Positions 39,601-53,752 of a stretch of 64,000 nt of DNA are shown piece by piece. The first letter of the stretch is position 1. Every line of letters begins with the position of its first letter. This DNA comes from Octopus sinensis. Lineage: Eukaryota. A model generated the notes under the pieces. That model ran no database searches. It saw only the letters and a program-made list of their open reading frames with translations, and was not told the origin of the DNA. The DNA lies in the NCBI RefSeq assembly GCF_006345805.1, contig NC_043017.1, forward strand, positions 10,230,001 through 10,294,000, read 5' to 3'. The translations under genes and the position numbers were made by a program.

Positions 39601-40303
39601 TCATCGTCATCACCACCACCACCATCATAATCATCATCATCATCATAATCATCATCATCATCATTATCATCATCGTTGTTGTTGTTGTTATGATTATTAT
39701 TGCTGTTGTTGTTGTTGTTATTGTTATTATTATTATTATCATGAAGGGGAGTAATTAGAAATTTAGAAATGAAAAGCAAAAAAAAAAAAAAAAACAAAAA
39801 CAACGGAGAAAAATATCCTGATGTTAAATGAATGATGACACATGTATGTTCACCTTCTTTACAATTACACAGGTGTATGTGTGTGTGTGTGTGTGTGTGT
39901 GCACAAACTCACACATACACACATAAACATACACACACTCATACACGCAAACAGACAAGCATTTGCCTATACTCACGTACGTACTGGAGCTTCATGTAAC
40001 TCTGATGTGTAAGAACAATCTGTATTTTGGATTTACCAGCCAAGAATCACTCTACATATATGTGTGTGTGTGTATATGTGTTTGTATACACACACTCACA
40101 CATGCACACATGCATATATATAATATGTGTGTGTGTGTGTGTGTACATAAGTACATATATGCAATATATGTTTTATGCCTTATATGTAATATATGTAGTA
40201 TGTGGGTCTTTATGTGAATTTATGTATGTGTGTGTTCATGTATATGTGAGAGTACATGAGTGCATATGTATGCATGTATATGTGCATGCATATATATATA
40301 CAT

Positions 40304-40344
<41 letters not shown>

Positions 40345-40446
40345 AATGCAGTATACTTATGCCTTCCTATATCTCTGTCTGCCTCTCTCTCTCTCTCTAT
40401 CTATCTATTTATAATACATATATATATAAAGACACATATATATATA

Positions 40447-40491
<45 letters not shown>

Positions 40492-40660
40492 GCATATATA
40501 TAGTTATATATATGTATCATCATCACTAGTACAGTAACATAGTTAAATATTGGGTCTTTATATATGAGTGTATATATATGTATGTATATGTATGTATCTA
40601 TATCTATCTATCTATCTATCTATCTATCTACTATCTATATAATATATATATATATATATA

Positions 40661-40698
<38 letters not shown>

Positions 40699-41097
40699 CA
40701 TACATACAAATTATATATATAATATATATATATATAATATATATACATACATAAGCTACATTCCTTCCAATAATGCATGTTAATTACTTCCAGTTATTCC
40801 TCCAACTCCAGTTGGGTCTGAACGATTAAAAATAGGCAGGGTTTTTGTTAATTTTTGTTATTTGGTTCTTTCCTTCCCTTGCCCCCTACTAGAATATATG
40901 CAGGAGACATGATAAGAGAGGGAGAGAGGTGTCAAACATTTCATACCAAGCTATACATACATACATTCATGCATACATACATACATGCATACATACATAC
41001 ATACATACATACATACATGCATGCATATATTCATAAATACATCTATAACATATATACATGCACACATCTATGTGTGTGTAACTGTATGTATAGACTA

Positions 41098-41148
<51 letters not shown>

Positions 41149-42889
41149 TTTATTAGTGTATTAAGGCTACCATTGGTTTCATGTTAAGAAAATTGTCATA
41201 ATATCTTAACAATTTTTTAAGCCAATGACATGAAAGAATGGTAGTCGGCCCCAATTTGGATTTTAAAAAATATACATATATATGCACATGGGAGTTCCCC
41301 ATGTGGATCCAGTGCTGGATATAAATTACTTAAAAAACAGTTTGATCCAGGTCCATGCGACTTAGAGTTTCACAGGCCTCCAATAGAAGTTTGTCTCTTT
41401 CAGGCTTTAGATTACCAAATTCAGTATCTAAGACAGACTTCTGTTAGAGACCTGTGAAACTTGAAGTAATACAGAACTGAATCAAACTATTTCAAATAAT
41501 ACATGTAACCCCTACTAAATGTGTAGTGTGCCCTTTTCTTTTATCTCTCTACTTGTTCGTATATTTATATTTATATATACATCGCCAGCAGTCTGCTACT
41601 GTGCATAACAAGGAAGTAGGGTATTTCTCCCTGAATACTTAATGCCAATACTTTTCACCTTATAAGATCTGACCCCTGTAGGGCCAGCAAACAATTGCCT
41701 AAAGTTGATGATTTCAGTTGATGGCCTAGTTCTTTATTTATTCCACTTTTGCCAAATTCCTTCTTTTAGCTTTTCTTTGACATTTAGTTTGTTCAGCTCT
41801 GAAGAAGATATCCAAGGGAGGTGGTTCCCTATATTTTCAGTCGATCAATTGATCAGTTGATAAGATTGAACCGTGAACCCACCCAAACACATATATGAAA
41901 TAACTGTAAGCTTCTAATAAATCAATGTATATAACCTATTATTTCAGTTTATATATATATAGATACATCATCATCATCATCATCATCGTCGTCATTAACA
42001 TTTAGTGTCTTTTTTCCATGTTGGCATGGGTTGGCCAGCTTGATAGGAACTGGCAAAGCCAGGGGCTGCACCAGTCTGTTATGTATATAATTTCTATGGA
42101 TGGATGCCATATATATATAAATATATATTTATTTATATTTATATCATCATCATCATCATCATCATCATTTAACATCTGTTTTCCATGCTGGCATGGGTTG
42201 GACAGTTTGACAAGAACTGATCAACTGAAGGGCAGTTCAAGTTCCATGTCTGTTTTGGCATGGTTTCTATGGCTGGATGCACTTCCTAACATCAACCACT
42301 TTCATAGAACAGAGTGTACTGGATGCTTTTACACAGCACCTGTGTGGGTGCTTTTTATGCGGCACCCACATCTATGAGCCCGCAAAATCAGGGATACTCA
42401 GCTGGAGAGGGTTGCAAGGGACAATCCTGTATGCAAGGGCAATCATGCTTTTACTTAACTTGACATATACACACATAAATACGTGTGTGTGTGTGTGTGC
42501 AGGCATGGCTGTGCAGGGCAGATGTAAGCTTCCTAGTATTGTAGTTTTGGGTTCTGACCCCTCTGTGTGTAACCTTGAGCAAGTGTCTTCTGTTAGAGCT
42601 GAAGTCTTGGAAGTAGATTTTGAGTGAGAGGAGAGCTTGCCCCTGGGTATGTGTCACACAGGCCCACCAGTACATGGATGTGGGGTGGTGCCATGTAAAC
42701 CCATTCCCCTGTCTGAGGGTTAAATAAGACCATGTGCCTTAAGGCTGACACTAGAAGAGCAGGAGAGGATCAGAAGTAAATTAAATATACAAACAGAAAG
42801 GACTGGAAAACAGCTGCCGTGTCTTTGACCAGAGAAATCCTTCAAACTTTCACGTGACAGTTCATGATGTCTGAAGTGTGTAAGAAGAT

Positions 42890-42897
42890 AGCATGGA

Positions 42898-42940
<43 letters not shown>

Positions 42941-43330
42941 CATGAGGGAGAGAGAGAGAGACTGAGAGTGGGTGGGAAAGGGAGAAGAAGCAGGAGAGAC
43001 ATGGAGGTTAGATGCAGAGACAGAGAGACACAGGAAGAGAGTGAGAGAGAGAAACAGACAGAGTGACAGACTGAGCGGGGTGGGGGAGAAAGACAGAGAG
43101 AGACAGACAGACAGACAGAAGAAAAGAAAGACAGACATAGAGAGAGACAGAGGGGGTCAAAGATGAAGAGACACCGTGAGGAAGGGGGAGAGGAGGAGAG
43201 GGAGGGAGGTAGACAGATAGACAGACAGAAAGAGAGGAGACAGAGAGAGATGGAGAGAGAGAGAGGGAAATAGAGACAGAGAAAGAGAAGAAGAGAAAGA
43301 GAGAGAGAGAGAGGGAAAGATAGAGAGAGA
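42890..43330 (+). repeat. GA-rich purine tract
   Basis: (GA)n and (GACA)n runs. Confidence 0.95.
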
Positions 43331-43796
43331 AAGGTGGGGGTTATATAGGTGCATAAATGATGTCAGACTCATAGAATAAAGCTAACCAGTACATGTGTCT
43401 GTCAATATCTTCTACCACCTGCCACTGATATATAATGGTTTTAATGTTGTGATCAGAACAAATAATACAAGGTCAGACACGAAGTCTGGATATACCATCA
43501 TCATCATCATCATCATCATCATGACCATCGTTTTAATGTCCACTTTTCCATACTTTCATGGATCAGACCGAATTTGCCGAGGCAGGTTTTCTATGGTTGG
43601 ATGCCCTTCCTGTCACCAACTCTCACCTATTTCCAAGCAAGGTAATATTTCCCCACAGCCAGACATGTTTTCATAGAACATTGGAAATGAATGACACTGC
43701 TTGTATGACAGTGGCACTCATTTACATCTATCATGCAATGTGAAGAGAAAGAGACACAAACATACACACACTCACACACATGCACGTGTGTGAAGA

Positions 43797-44098
43797 CACA
43801 TGGCTCAGTGGTTAGAGCATCAGGCTGACAACCATGGGGTAGTGAGTTCAGTTCCCTGACTTTATTTCCGATTGCTCCAATTCACTCAGCTGTAGAAATG
43901 AGTTACAACATCACTGGTGCCAAGCTGTATCAACCTCTGCCTTTTCTTTGGAAAACATCAGTAGCATGGAGAGGAGATGTTGGTATGCATGGGCAACTGT
44001 TGGCCTTCCATAAACAACCTTGCCCAGACTTGTGTCGCAGAGGGGAACATTCTAGCTGCACTCCCATGGTCATTCATGACCAAAGAGGTCTTTACCCT
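43797..44098 (+). mobile_element. Further tRNA-headed SINE family
   Basis: A-box tggctcagtggttaga and B-box-like gtgagttcagttccc. A related head occurs on the minus strand at 13740-13875. Confidence 0.65.
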
Positions 44099-44149
44099 GA
44101 ACAAATGAGGTGTTACCAAAATGTTCCCAGACTAGTTATGTTTAATAAA

Positions 44150-44235
44150 AAATAACTTATTTACCAAAGTTTTAACATTAGCTCCTTTGAAATAGACACC
44201 TTGCACAGCAATACACCAATCGCAGCATTCCTTGT
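44150..44235 (-). mobile_element. Short mariner transposase C-terminal remnant
   Basis: Minus frame ECCDWCIAVQGVYFKG resembles the mariner end motif ERWxKCIxxxGxYFE. Confidence 0.45.
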
Positions 44236-44986
44236 CTTTTCTCACTTTTTCGCTCATCCTATCATTCCATTTTTACTTCATTATGTCATGTGGGCAGTGC
44301 CTGATGATTGTGCCAGGATACCAGACATGTTAAAAAACACTGTCCAGCATGTTCTCAGCACATGAAACTAATAGTAGCACATAAAACATGTATTGTGCTT
44401 ATTAAATGGTATTTATTTATCACCAGATGGAGTTCTTTTTTGTTGATCTTACCATCATGGAACAGTACACTATATATATATGCGTGTGTGTGTGGGTATA
44501 CAGGGTGGTGCAAAAGTTTGAATTCATAGGCAATTCATTATATAACAATTCATGGTTTACAAGTTCTACTCTTTCTGAAATTGTTAGCTTTTCTGCTATG
44601 ACTACGATCTGAAAGACAGAAAAATAAAATTAGATATGATAATTATATGATCAAAATCATGTTAAAGATAAGAAATCTTTTTTTTGTGATTTCTCTATGG
44701 GTCCAAACTATTTAATCGTCACTGTGACTAAGGGTGCCAATGCACACTTAGTGACAACTGAATTTTTCCTTTATGATATCACATTGTGCCTAGCTGTTTA
44801 CAATAATTTTTTATATATATATATATATATAAGTTCCAATGAAGTTGAAGGGTGATACTCAAGCATTCAACTATGAGTCCACACTGCATCTATAGTTGAA
44901 ACAGTTGTAAGCTGATGAAGTGCACAACATAACTGTTCGTTCCTTGTCATTCTAATTTCCTATATATATATATATGTGTGTGTGTG

Positions 44987-45032
<46 letters not shown>

Positions 45033-45038
45033 CATATA

Positions 45039-45088
<50 letters not shown>

Positions 45089-45784
45089 ATATATACACTC
45101 TCATGCATACATGACTAGCTTCTATTAGTTTCTGCCTTCCTAATCCATTCGCAAAGGCTTTGGCCAGCCTGGACCATATTTGAAGACACCCAAAGTAAAC
45201 ATTTCCTCAGGGTATAATCATAATAATTAGTCTTCATCTAAAAAATTCAGAGAGAAATCTGTCCTCTTCTGAACTGTGTCTCTACATCATATAGTATTTA
45301 TTAGATAAATCTGGAATAGTCTTTGTAATGTTGGCTAGGTTGTATACACTTATACGTAGCACAATAATCTTTAGTGATAAAGACTGCTCTCTACAAACTA
45401 TGATGCAGTTGATCACAAGTGACATGGTGTGGTGTGGATTATATAATAGTGTTATATGGTATGTTATGACATACTTCCATTACATTATCATATAATATGA
45501 AACTCTGAGTCACAAAGTATTATCACTAATAGACTAATATCATTATATATAAGTGTGTGCGTGTGTATGTAAGTATATATATATATGTGTGTGTGTGTGT
45601 GGTGTTTGTGTATGTATATGTATATATATATATTTATGCATGTGTGTATATATGTGTGTATATATACATATGTATTATATATATACAGACATATATATGT
45701 AATACATATATATACATATATATACATATATATACATATATATATACATACATATATATATATATACATATACATATACATATA

Positions 45785-45815
<31 letters not shown>

Positions 45816-46940
45816 CATACATACATACATATATACATACATATATATATGTCAATATATATAAATATTCCAGAAATAGACATCACACATACACACACAT
45901 CTATATGCACACTTCATATTTATATACATATTTCCATAAATCTGCCCACCACCACACACACACACATGCTCACACATACTACCACCACTACCACTGCCAC
46001 CATGTTCACCACCCACCACCACCGCCACCATCCTATTTACCCTTGAATGATTACTTTTTATTGATGAGTAGAAATGGCGTTGGGGCATTGGCAGAGCGGC
46101 GGTGGGGGTAGAGGATTGATAGAGTGGTGGTGTGTCAGGATGAAGGCGGGAGGGAGGCAGTGGCACAGAATTCTATTTTATATACAGACTGCTCCCCCCT
46201 CCCCCTGTCTGCCACCGCCACCGAACCCCACCCCCTGTCATCTATTTTTTCCCCCAGCCCTCACTCAGTCACTCCTGTAGGGCCATCTCCTTCCCCACTG
46301 TTCATTATGAACGTTCTCACCCCCCCCCCGCCACTGTGTGCGTTTGCATGCGTTTGTGTATGTGTGTGTGTCTGTCTGTGTATGTGTGTGCATCTCTGTA
46401 TGTGTGTGTCTGTGTGCATAATGGCAAGGGTGGAATGAAGGAAGGTCAGGCCAGATAGAAAATGGAATATTTGCTGAATTCTTAAAATTAATTAGTATTG
46501 CAATTCTCATTTCCTTCTCTCTTTCTATACACTGAGACGCACCGGCACATATACACAAGCGCATACACACACAGATACATACAGGCATACACACACGTGT
46601 ATGCAAAAACACACGCACTCACGCACATACACTAACGTGCACACATGTGCAAGCACACTTGTGTGAAGACATATGTGCACAGATTCAGTTGCACGCAAAC
46701 ACATGCACCCATACGCATGGACACACATACATACATGCATATATAGCTATACATATATAAATATATCAGCTGATATACATATGTATATGTATATATACAC
46801 ACACACATATATACATATATATATATATATATAGATATAGATATATACATATATATATCTCTATATATATTTATATATATATATATATATACATATATAC
46901 ATATATAAATATATATATATATACATATATACATATATAA

Positions 46941-46997
<57 letters not shown>

Positions 46998-48453
46998 GAT
47001 ATAGATATATACATATATACATATATAAATATATCAGCTGATATACATATATATATATATATATACACACACACATACATACACATTTGTCTCATTTTTG
47101 TTTCTTCGTTACATTTTCTTTATATTTTTTTTCTTTCTTTCCTTCCGCCTCTTATTTTTGTTTCCAAATCCTTGTTAATTCCTTCTTACTCTCTTTCACT
47201 TTTCCTTTCCATTTATCTGTCTCTCTTCTTTCTTTCTCTTTTTCCCCTCACTCATTCACACAAACATGTACACACTATTTCTTTATACGGCTGCTCTCTG
47301 TCTCTCTCTCTTTCTCTTTCTCTCTGTCTCTTTCTCTCTCTATTTCACACTTATTCACACACACACACATATTCATACACATTCACATGCATAACACATC
47401 TACGCATGCACACACATTTATATTCTTCCACTTCTTCTGTGTATTAATCTCTCACCAATTCACTCACACACACACACACATACACACACACATACACACA
47501 TACACACACACACACTCACACACACACACACACACATACTCTCTCTATCTGTTTCTCTCTTTTTTCTCAGTTTTTCTTTCTATCTCACACCCACTTGTAT
47601 GCACATGTATGACCTCTATGATTCTCTCTCTCTCTCTCATACACACACACACATATGTACAAACATACATACATATACATAGATACAGATAAAGCTATAT
47701 GCCCCAGCATGACCACTCTTCCTGGCTGAAATCAGTAAAAGAAAGAAGATATGTGTGTATATGTTAGTGTGTGCATGCATGTATGTGTGTGTTGTGTGTG
47801 TGCGCATACGCACACTTACATATATGAAACTTACGTATTTGTATCTATGCTTTCATTCACTCACTTTACATTGTCCCTCTTTCTCTCTCTCTCACACACA
47901 CACATGTTCACTGACGCAAACACATTTACACTCACATACTTACATGCACACATTTTATATATCTCTTATGCACACACACACACACATACACACACACATG
48001 TATGCAAGCGCATACACATACAGATTCATATATGTTTCCTATGATTTTTTTTCCAGTTTACTCATTAATTCATACAGACACACACGCATGGACATACACA
48101 TGCACAAACACACAAACACACACACACACTTGAACACATACATACATACATACATACACATTTTCTCTCTCTCCTTCTCTCTCTCTCTCTCTCTCTTAGC
48201 CTAACTTTCTTCCTCTCTCCTTCTCTCCTTATATTGTCAATAATTTCTTTCTTTTTGTCTTCTGTCTTTTTTCTTTTATTTCTTCTTTTTGTTTCTTTTT
48301 GCTTCTTTCTCTCTGTCTTTCTTTCTTTCTTTCTTTTCCTTTCTTTCCCACTTTCTATCTTTCTTTTCCATTTTTGTTTTTTACTTCTGTCACTTACCCC
48401 CTCCCCTCCCTTGCTCTCTTTGTCTCCTTTTCCCTTCTATATATTTAACTTAT

Positions 48454-48609
48454 TCACATGTTTATGAAAGTACACGGCTTAATAATTTGAACATTGTGCT
48501 CATGATCAATGTTTGATTCTCGACGGGGCCCGTGTAAGTGGGCTCCAGCCAACATGTTGATCCTGGGTACCAGAAAGTCCAGAAAGGTTCTGTGACTATC
48601 TACTGGACT
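48454..48609 (-). CDS. Candidate coding exon (terminal, or internal if the gtgaat donor just before the stop is used), product not recognised
   Basis: Very long T-rich tract on the minus strand ending ttgtttgaAG. Single open frame SPVDSHRTFLDFLVPRINMLAGAHLHGPRRESNIDHEHNVQIIKPCTFINM-stop. Locally raised GC/CpG. Confidence 0.6.
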   Translation of the reverse strand, partial: SPVDSHRTFLDFLVPRINMLAGAHLHGPRRESNIDHEHNVQIIKPCTFINM

Positions 48610-49654
48610 CTTCAAACAAAAACAAATAAACCAAAATAAAAAAAAAATTTTAGAGTACCCCCTTACTTGGGCCTGAAGGCAGTTATGTTCTACCTTGATA
48701 AATTTCCCATTGAAACCTTGGTATAGGGTTCAATTTGCAGATCAGGTAGTAAGTTCTATCCTTGAGCAAGGTATTTCATTTCACAGTTCTCCCATTGATT
48801 CAGCTGGAAAGGAATCCCAGTGATAGCTGCAGGTGGGGTACAGATGATATTGAGGTAAACTTGTTTCTTGTTCGGTGGGTGTTCTTGGATTTTTGGTCAC
48901 CTAACACCTTGGACGCCCAGATAAGCTCTGGACTGATGAATATGAAGGCTGAAGGTTGGGTTTATTCTCATGTTCTCTCTGCTGAATTGTCACTGTGACA
49001 TACACACACATGTACACATACACGTGTACATGGATGAATACAAGCATACAAATACACACACATATTCACATATACGCACACATGCACACACATACATACA
49101 CACACATATATGCATGCACACGTGCATCCACATACATAACATGTACAAACACGTGCATGTACACACATAGATATACATGAACATAGATGCACATACATGC
49201 ATGCAAGCACACATATACATATTTACATACACACATACATGTACACACATATAACCACACATATAAACACATGCACATGGGATTGAACACAAAACCCTGT
49301 GGTTGCAAGCAAACTTCTCAACCATATAGCTATCCCTGTGTCTATAGATTTAAGCCAACATTATGTATATAGAAGGACATACTTCATATCAATAAAATCT
49401 ATTTCTGTGGACAGAAAATGAAGATCAATGGAACAAATCCCAAGCCCTCATTCCTGTGATAGGATTTCATCAGATGCCAAGACTGCATTATATAGGCCCC
49501 TTTCTCCCCAATGTGCCAAAGCCTTTCTTTTGGATAAAGGTCACTCACAGACAACCAATGGACCTAAGACAAATGAGACCCTTCAGCTCTTTAGCTGCTC
49601 ATCTAAGAGAAGGTGAGAGTTGCTGAAGTATGGAACAGACTGCTGGCATCAGTT

Positions 49655-49880
49655 GTTAGTTGTCAGAGCACTGCATCCTTCAAAACTTCCATGCTTTCTG
49701 AGATTCGCCAACACTACACCTGATTTTCTCCCCTCCATACACACGCAAGCATTTATCTGACTCATACACTGTTCACTTTCCAGACATTTGTACATTACTG
49801 CATATACTTTATATGCACTTTTTGACAAGTTGTGGTGCACCTGAGCACCGTATACAATAATTTCATTATCATTATTATTA
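49655..49880 (+). mobile_element. 3' end of the same CR1/L2-like family
   Basis: Shares gcatccttcaaaacttccatgct with 62760 and 63130; ends gtggtgcacctgagcaccgtatacaataa followed by (att)n. Confidence 0.55.
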
Positions 49881-50084
49881 TAAGGTAACACTATAGAAAA
49901 CCTGCATTCTGGTAACCACTGGGTTCATGGTAGTTATTGCACCTGACCAGTACAAGTTTGAAGGATGAAAGAGAGGAACTGGCTCTGCAGAAATCATTCC
50001 CCCTGTCATAATATTCATCCTGAAATTTGTTCAGCAAACCATGACATCAACACCAACACCACCACACTTTCTTCATAAGCCCTC

Positions 50085-50420
50085 TCTCTCTATCTGCTCA
50101 GTCGAAGTCGACTCTCGGTCACTCGTTGGATCAGTGTCCTCCAGTCAGTTCTATCCTGGGCCGCTTCTTTCAGATTGGCTATGTCCATTCCAGTATCATT
50201 CTTGATGGTGTCAAGCCAGCGGGTTCTTGGTCGGTCTCTTCCTCTCTTGTCACTGACCATTCCGAGCATGATGTCCTTCTCCAGGGATTCTCTCCGCATA
50301 ATATGACTGAAATATGCCAATCTATGCTTGGTAATCCTAGCTTCTAGTGACATTTTTGGCCTTATCTACTTAAGAACTTCTCCATTGGTGAGCCTCGCTG
50401 TCCATGGAATCCGTAAAAAT
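50085..50420 (-). mobile_element. RTE (BovB-like) LINE 3' end
   Basis: LRIPWTAR...SLEARITKHRLAYFSHIMRRESLEKDIMLG...RGRDRPRTRWLDTI...AAQDRTDWR. Confidence 0.85.
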
Positions 50421-50717
50421 CATAAGCCCAGTGAGTGATAAAGAAAGAGGTAACGTGGACTGTTAGAGGATACTACACAGGCTGCTCCTGGGTAAGCGTT
50501 CTTCTTCACAATCCAGTGGAAAGCAACACAGATACACTCTGTGTAGTTGTGTCTTGCTGAAGACTGTTTCATCAAAGTGATGAGAGAATACATCACTTTA
50601 AGCAATGCTTCTCTGGATAGTTGATAATGGTCCTTAGCCACTTTTGAATTCTCAACAAGGGTCTGAAACTAGACCAGAATTAGTTCAGCTGATCCCATAT
50701 ATTTTTTCTTTATATGT

Positions 50718-50748
<31 letters not shown>

Positions 50749-51547
50749 TCTGACTCTACATGTTGCTTAAAAATCTATAAATACATTCTGTAGCACTGTA
50801 CACAGCACATAAATACATATACATATGTACGTACACACACACGCGCGTGCATACATTTATATGTACATATATATTCTGTGTGTATGTATATATATATATG
50901 CAAATGTATGTGTGTATATATATATATGTATCAACACATACACACGCACACATACATATATTTAAAAATATATATATGCCATACTATACTATGCGTACAC
51001 ACAAAATACACACTGATTAGATTTATACATACTCATCTATATATATATATATATATGTATACACACACACACACACACATACACACACACATATATATAT
51101 ATGCTGACATAGATTATCAATATGCATACATATATATATATAGAGAGAGAGAGGGGGGGAGAGAAAGCAATGAATGCATTTTCTGAACCAGACTATAAAA
51201 TCAATTCTGTTTATTTACTTATTTTGAAATTGCCTTCTTTTCCTATTGTTTAATATTTTTTTTTCTAGCTTCACAATCAATATTGCTTACACATACATAC
51301 ATGCACAGCACACACACACACACACGCACACAAACACACATGCACACGCATGCACATGCACACACACTCACATACAAACCACACACACTCACATACACAC
51401 ACACACACATTTACACATGCATGCGTGCACACACACACATACACACACACATGAATTTACGTATATATGAATATATACATGAATGTGTATGTATGTGTTG
51501 TGTATGTGTGTGTGGCGTGTCTGTGTATGTGTGTGTATTATATATAT

Positions 51548-51578
<31 letters not shown>

Positions 51579-51698
51579 TTTTTTTTATATATACGTGTGT
51601 GTATACACACAGATACACACAGACATACAAGCTTACATATAATAGTATATTTATGTGTGTATATATATATATATATATCTATATATATATATATATAT

Positions 51699-51729
<31 letters not shown>

Positions 51730-51750
51730 TTATGAGAGTGTGTACCTCAC

Positions 51751-51786
<36 letters not shown>

Positions 51787-52270
51787 CCTGTATCTGCGCA
51801 CACAAATCTGTGTATATGTGTGTATGTCTTTCTCAGTATAAGCATACATGTGAGCCGGTGTGTATAAGCATATGTATATGTGTGTGTGTGTCTGTGTGAG
51901 TGTGTGTGTATGAATGTATGTGTCTGTATGTGAGTGTGTATGTATATGTGTGTGTGTGTATGGCCATTGTTGTTTCACCCTAACAACCTGTGAGAGTGAG
52001 TACAGCTATTTTAATAAATCGTATTCATATATCTTCTTTCGAGTCTTCAGTTGTTGTTCCTATTGTTATGTTGTTGTTGGTGGTGTTGTTGTTGCTGCTG
52101 CTGCTGCTGCTGTTGTTGTTGTTGTTGAGATCGTTGTTGTTTGATGATATCATCATGGTCGTGGTTTTACTCGTTGTTACCGTTGCAGTTGTCGACGTTG
52201 TTGTTGTTATTGTTGTAGTTGTTGCTGTCATCATTGCAGTTTTGTTATTGTTGTAGTTGTTGTGAATTAC

Positions 52271-52328
52271 CCATTCAATCACTCTATACTGTTACAACAC
52301 GCTTGCAACGGATCTGTGATCCACGATC
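52271..52328 (-). other. Candidate short exon downstream of a strong 3' splice site (coding status unclear)
   Basis: Minus strand has a poly-T tract of about 23 nt and about 70 nt without AG before cttcAG. With the donor tgg|gtaatt all three frames hit stops. The weaker donors gtaaca or gtatag would give DRGSQIRCKRV(VT) in phase 0. Confidence 0.35.
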
Positions 52329-52777
52329 CTGAAGATCGCGGATCACAGATCAGAAGTAACAAAAGAGCAAAAAAAAAAAAAAAAAAAAAGAAAACAAGAG
52401 ACTTATTTTTCCCAGACAGTTGGAAGCTAAAAGTAGTGATGTCTTCCTTCCATAGCTGTGTGGTTAGGTAGCTTTCTTTGCAACCATCTGTCTGTAGGTT
52501 CAGTTCCAATGCATGGTACCTTGGGCAATTGGCTTCTACTATTGTCTCAGATCAACCAATGTCTTGTGAATGAATCTGTCAGATGGAAATTCATTTGTCA
52601 TCATCTGTCTTCCATGCTGGCTAGGGTTGGACGGTTTGACAGGAGCTGGCAAGCCAGAAAGCTGCCGTCAAACTGTCCAACCCATGCCAGCATAGGAAAG
52701 AGACATTAAATGATGATGACGACGATGATGATGATGACGACGATGATGATGATGACGACGATGATGATGATGACGAC

Positions 52778-52810
<33 letters not shown>

Positions 52811-53374
52811 TGAATTTCCACTATTGAGAATATACATATGTGCCTTTGTGCGTGTGTGTGTGTGTGGAAGTTGGTGTCTCTGTCTTGACATCGCAGGATA
52901 GTTGTAAATGAGTGTCACTGTCATACAAGCAACGTATAATTTATAATCTTCCATGAAAAATATGCTTGACCCTGAGGTTTGGAAACAGGGAAGCATTGGC
53001 AACAGGAAGGGCATCCAGATGTAGAAAATCTGTCTCAACAATTGAGCATGGAAAAGTGAACATTAAGATGATGAAGATGATGATTATGGTAACATCTGCC
53101 ACCCTCTTTTCCCCTCTCTGACACTCTTACCAACTCATCTACCCTTTCCTCTATCCCTTATTCTCTCTCTCATATTCACCTTGTACCTGGAGGGTACATA
53201 TAACGAATCCTACAATCTAATCAGTACAATCACATACATACACACACACACACATACGCATCTACAAATATATGTATATATATACATATATAAATAAACA
53301 TCTATATACATACATACAAACATACATACATATATATATAGATAGATAGATATAGATATAGATATACACACACA

Positions 53375-53752
53375 CACATATGGTTGTAGATTCAGTCCCA
53401 CAGCCCAAACCCTCAAGCAAATGTCTTCTATTATAACCCTTACCCAACCAACGCCTATGAGAGAGTTTGGTTGAGGGAAACTGTGGAAGCCCATCATGAA
53501 CATATATACATATATATGTGTGTGTGTGTGTGTGAGACTGTGTCTATGTTTGTACTCCTCACCACTTGACTGCTGGTGTTGGTTTATTTACATCCCCATA
53601 ACTCAAGTAGTCCGGCAAAAGAGACTGATAGAACATGTATCAGACTTTAAAACAAAAGACATAATTACTGGTATTGATTTGCTCGACCAAAACCCTTCAA
53701 GGCAGTGCCCCAGCATGGCCACAATCCAATTACTGAAACAAGTAAAAGGAAA
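53375..53752 (+). mobile_element. SINE family A copy, diverged
   Basis: Shared body and tail motifs. Confidence 0.7.

Noticed and set aside
44863-44905. 9-bp stem-loop ttcaactat/atagttgaa as a further hammerhead
   Set aside because: No CUGANGA core upstream in the right position.
45375-45458. 84-nt + strand exon candidate (DKDCSLQTMMQLITSDMVWCGLYNSVI)
   Set aside because: Weak acceptor and a semi-repetitive second half; well within chance expectation.
48534-48539. Consensus + strand donor gtaagt inside the 48.5-kb island
   Set aside because: The nearest upstream AG gives stops in all three frames; the minus-strand reading has a far better acceptor and an open frame.
50420-50641. 73-aa minus-strand ORF next to the RTE fragment
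   Set aside because: No splice support or recognisable domain; likely decayed repeat sequence.
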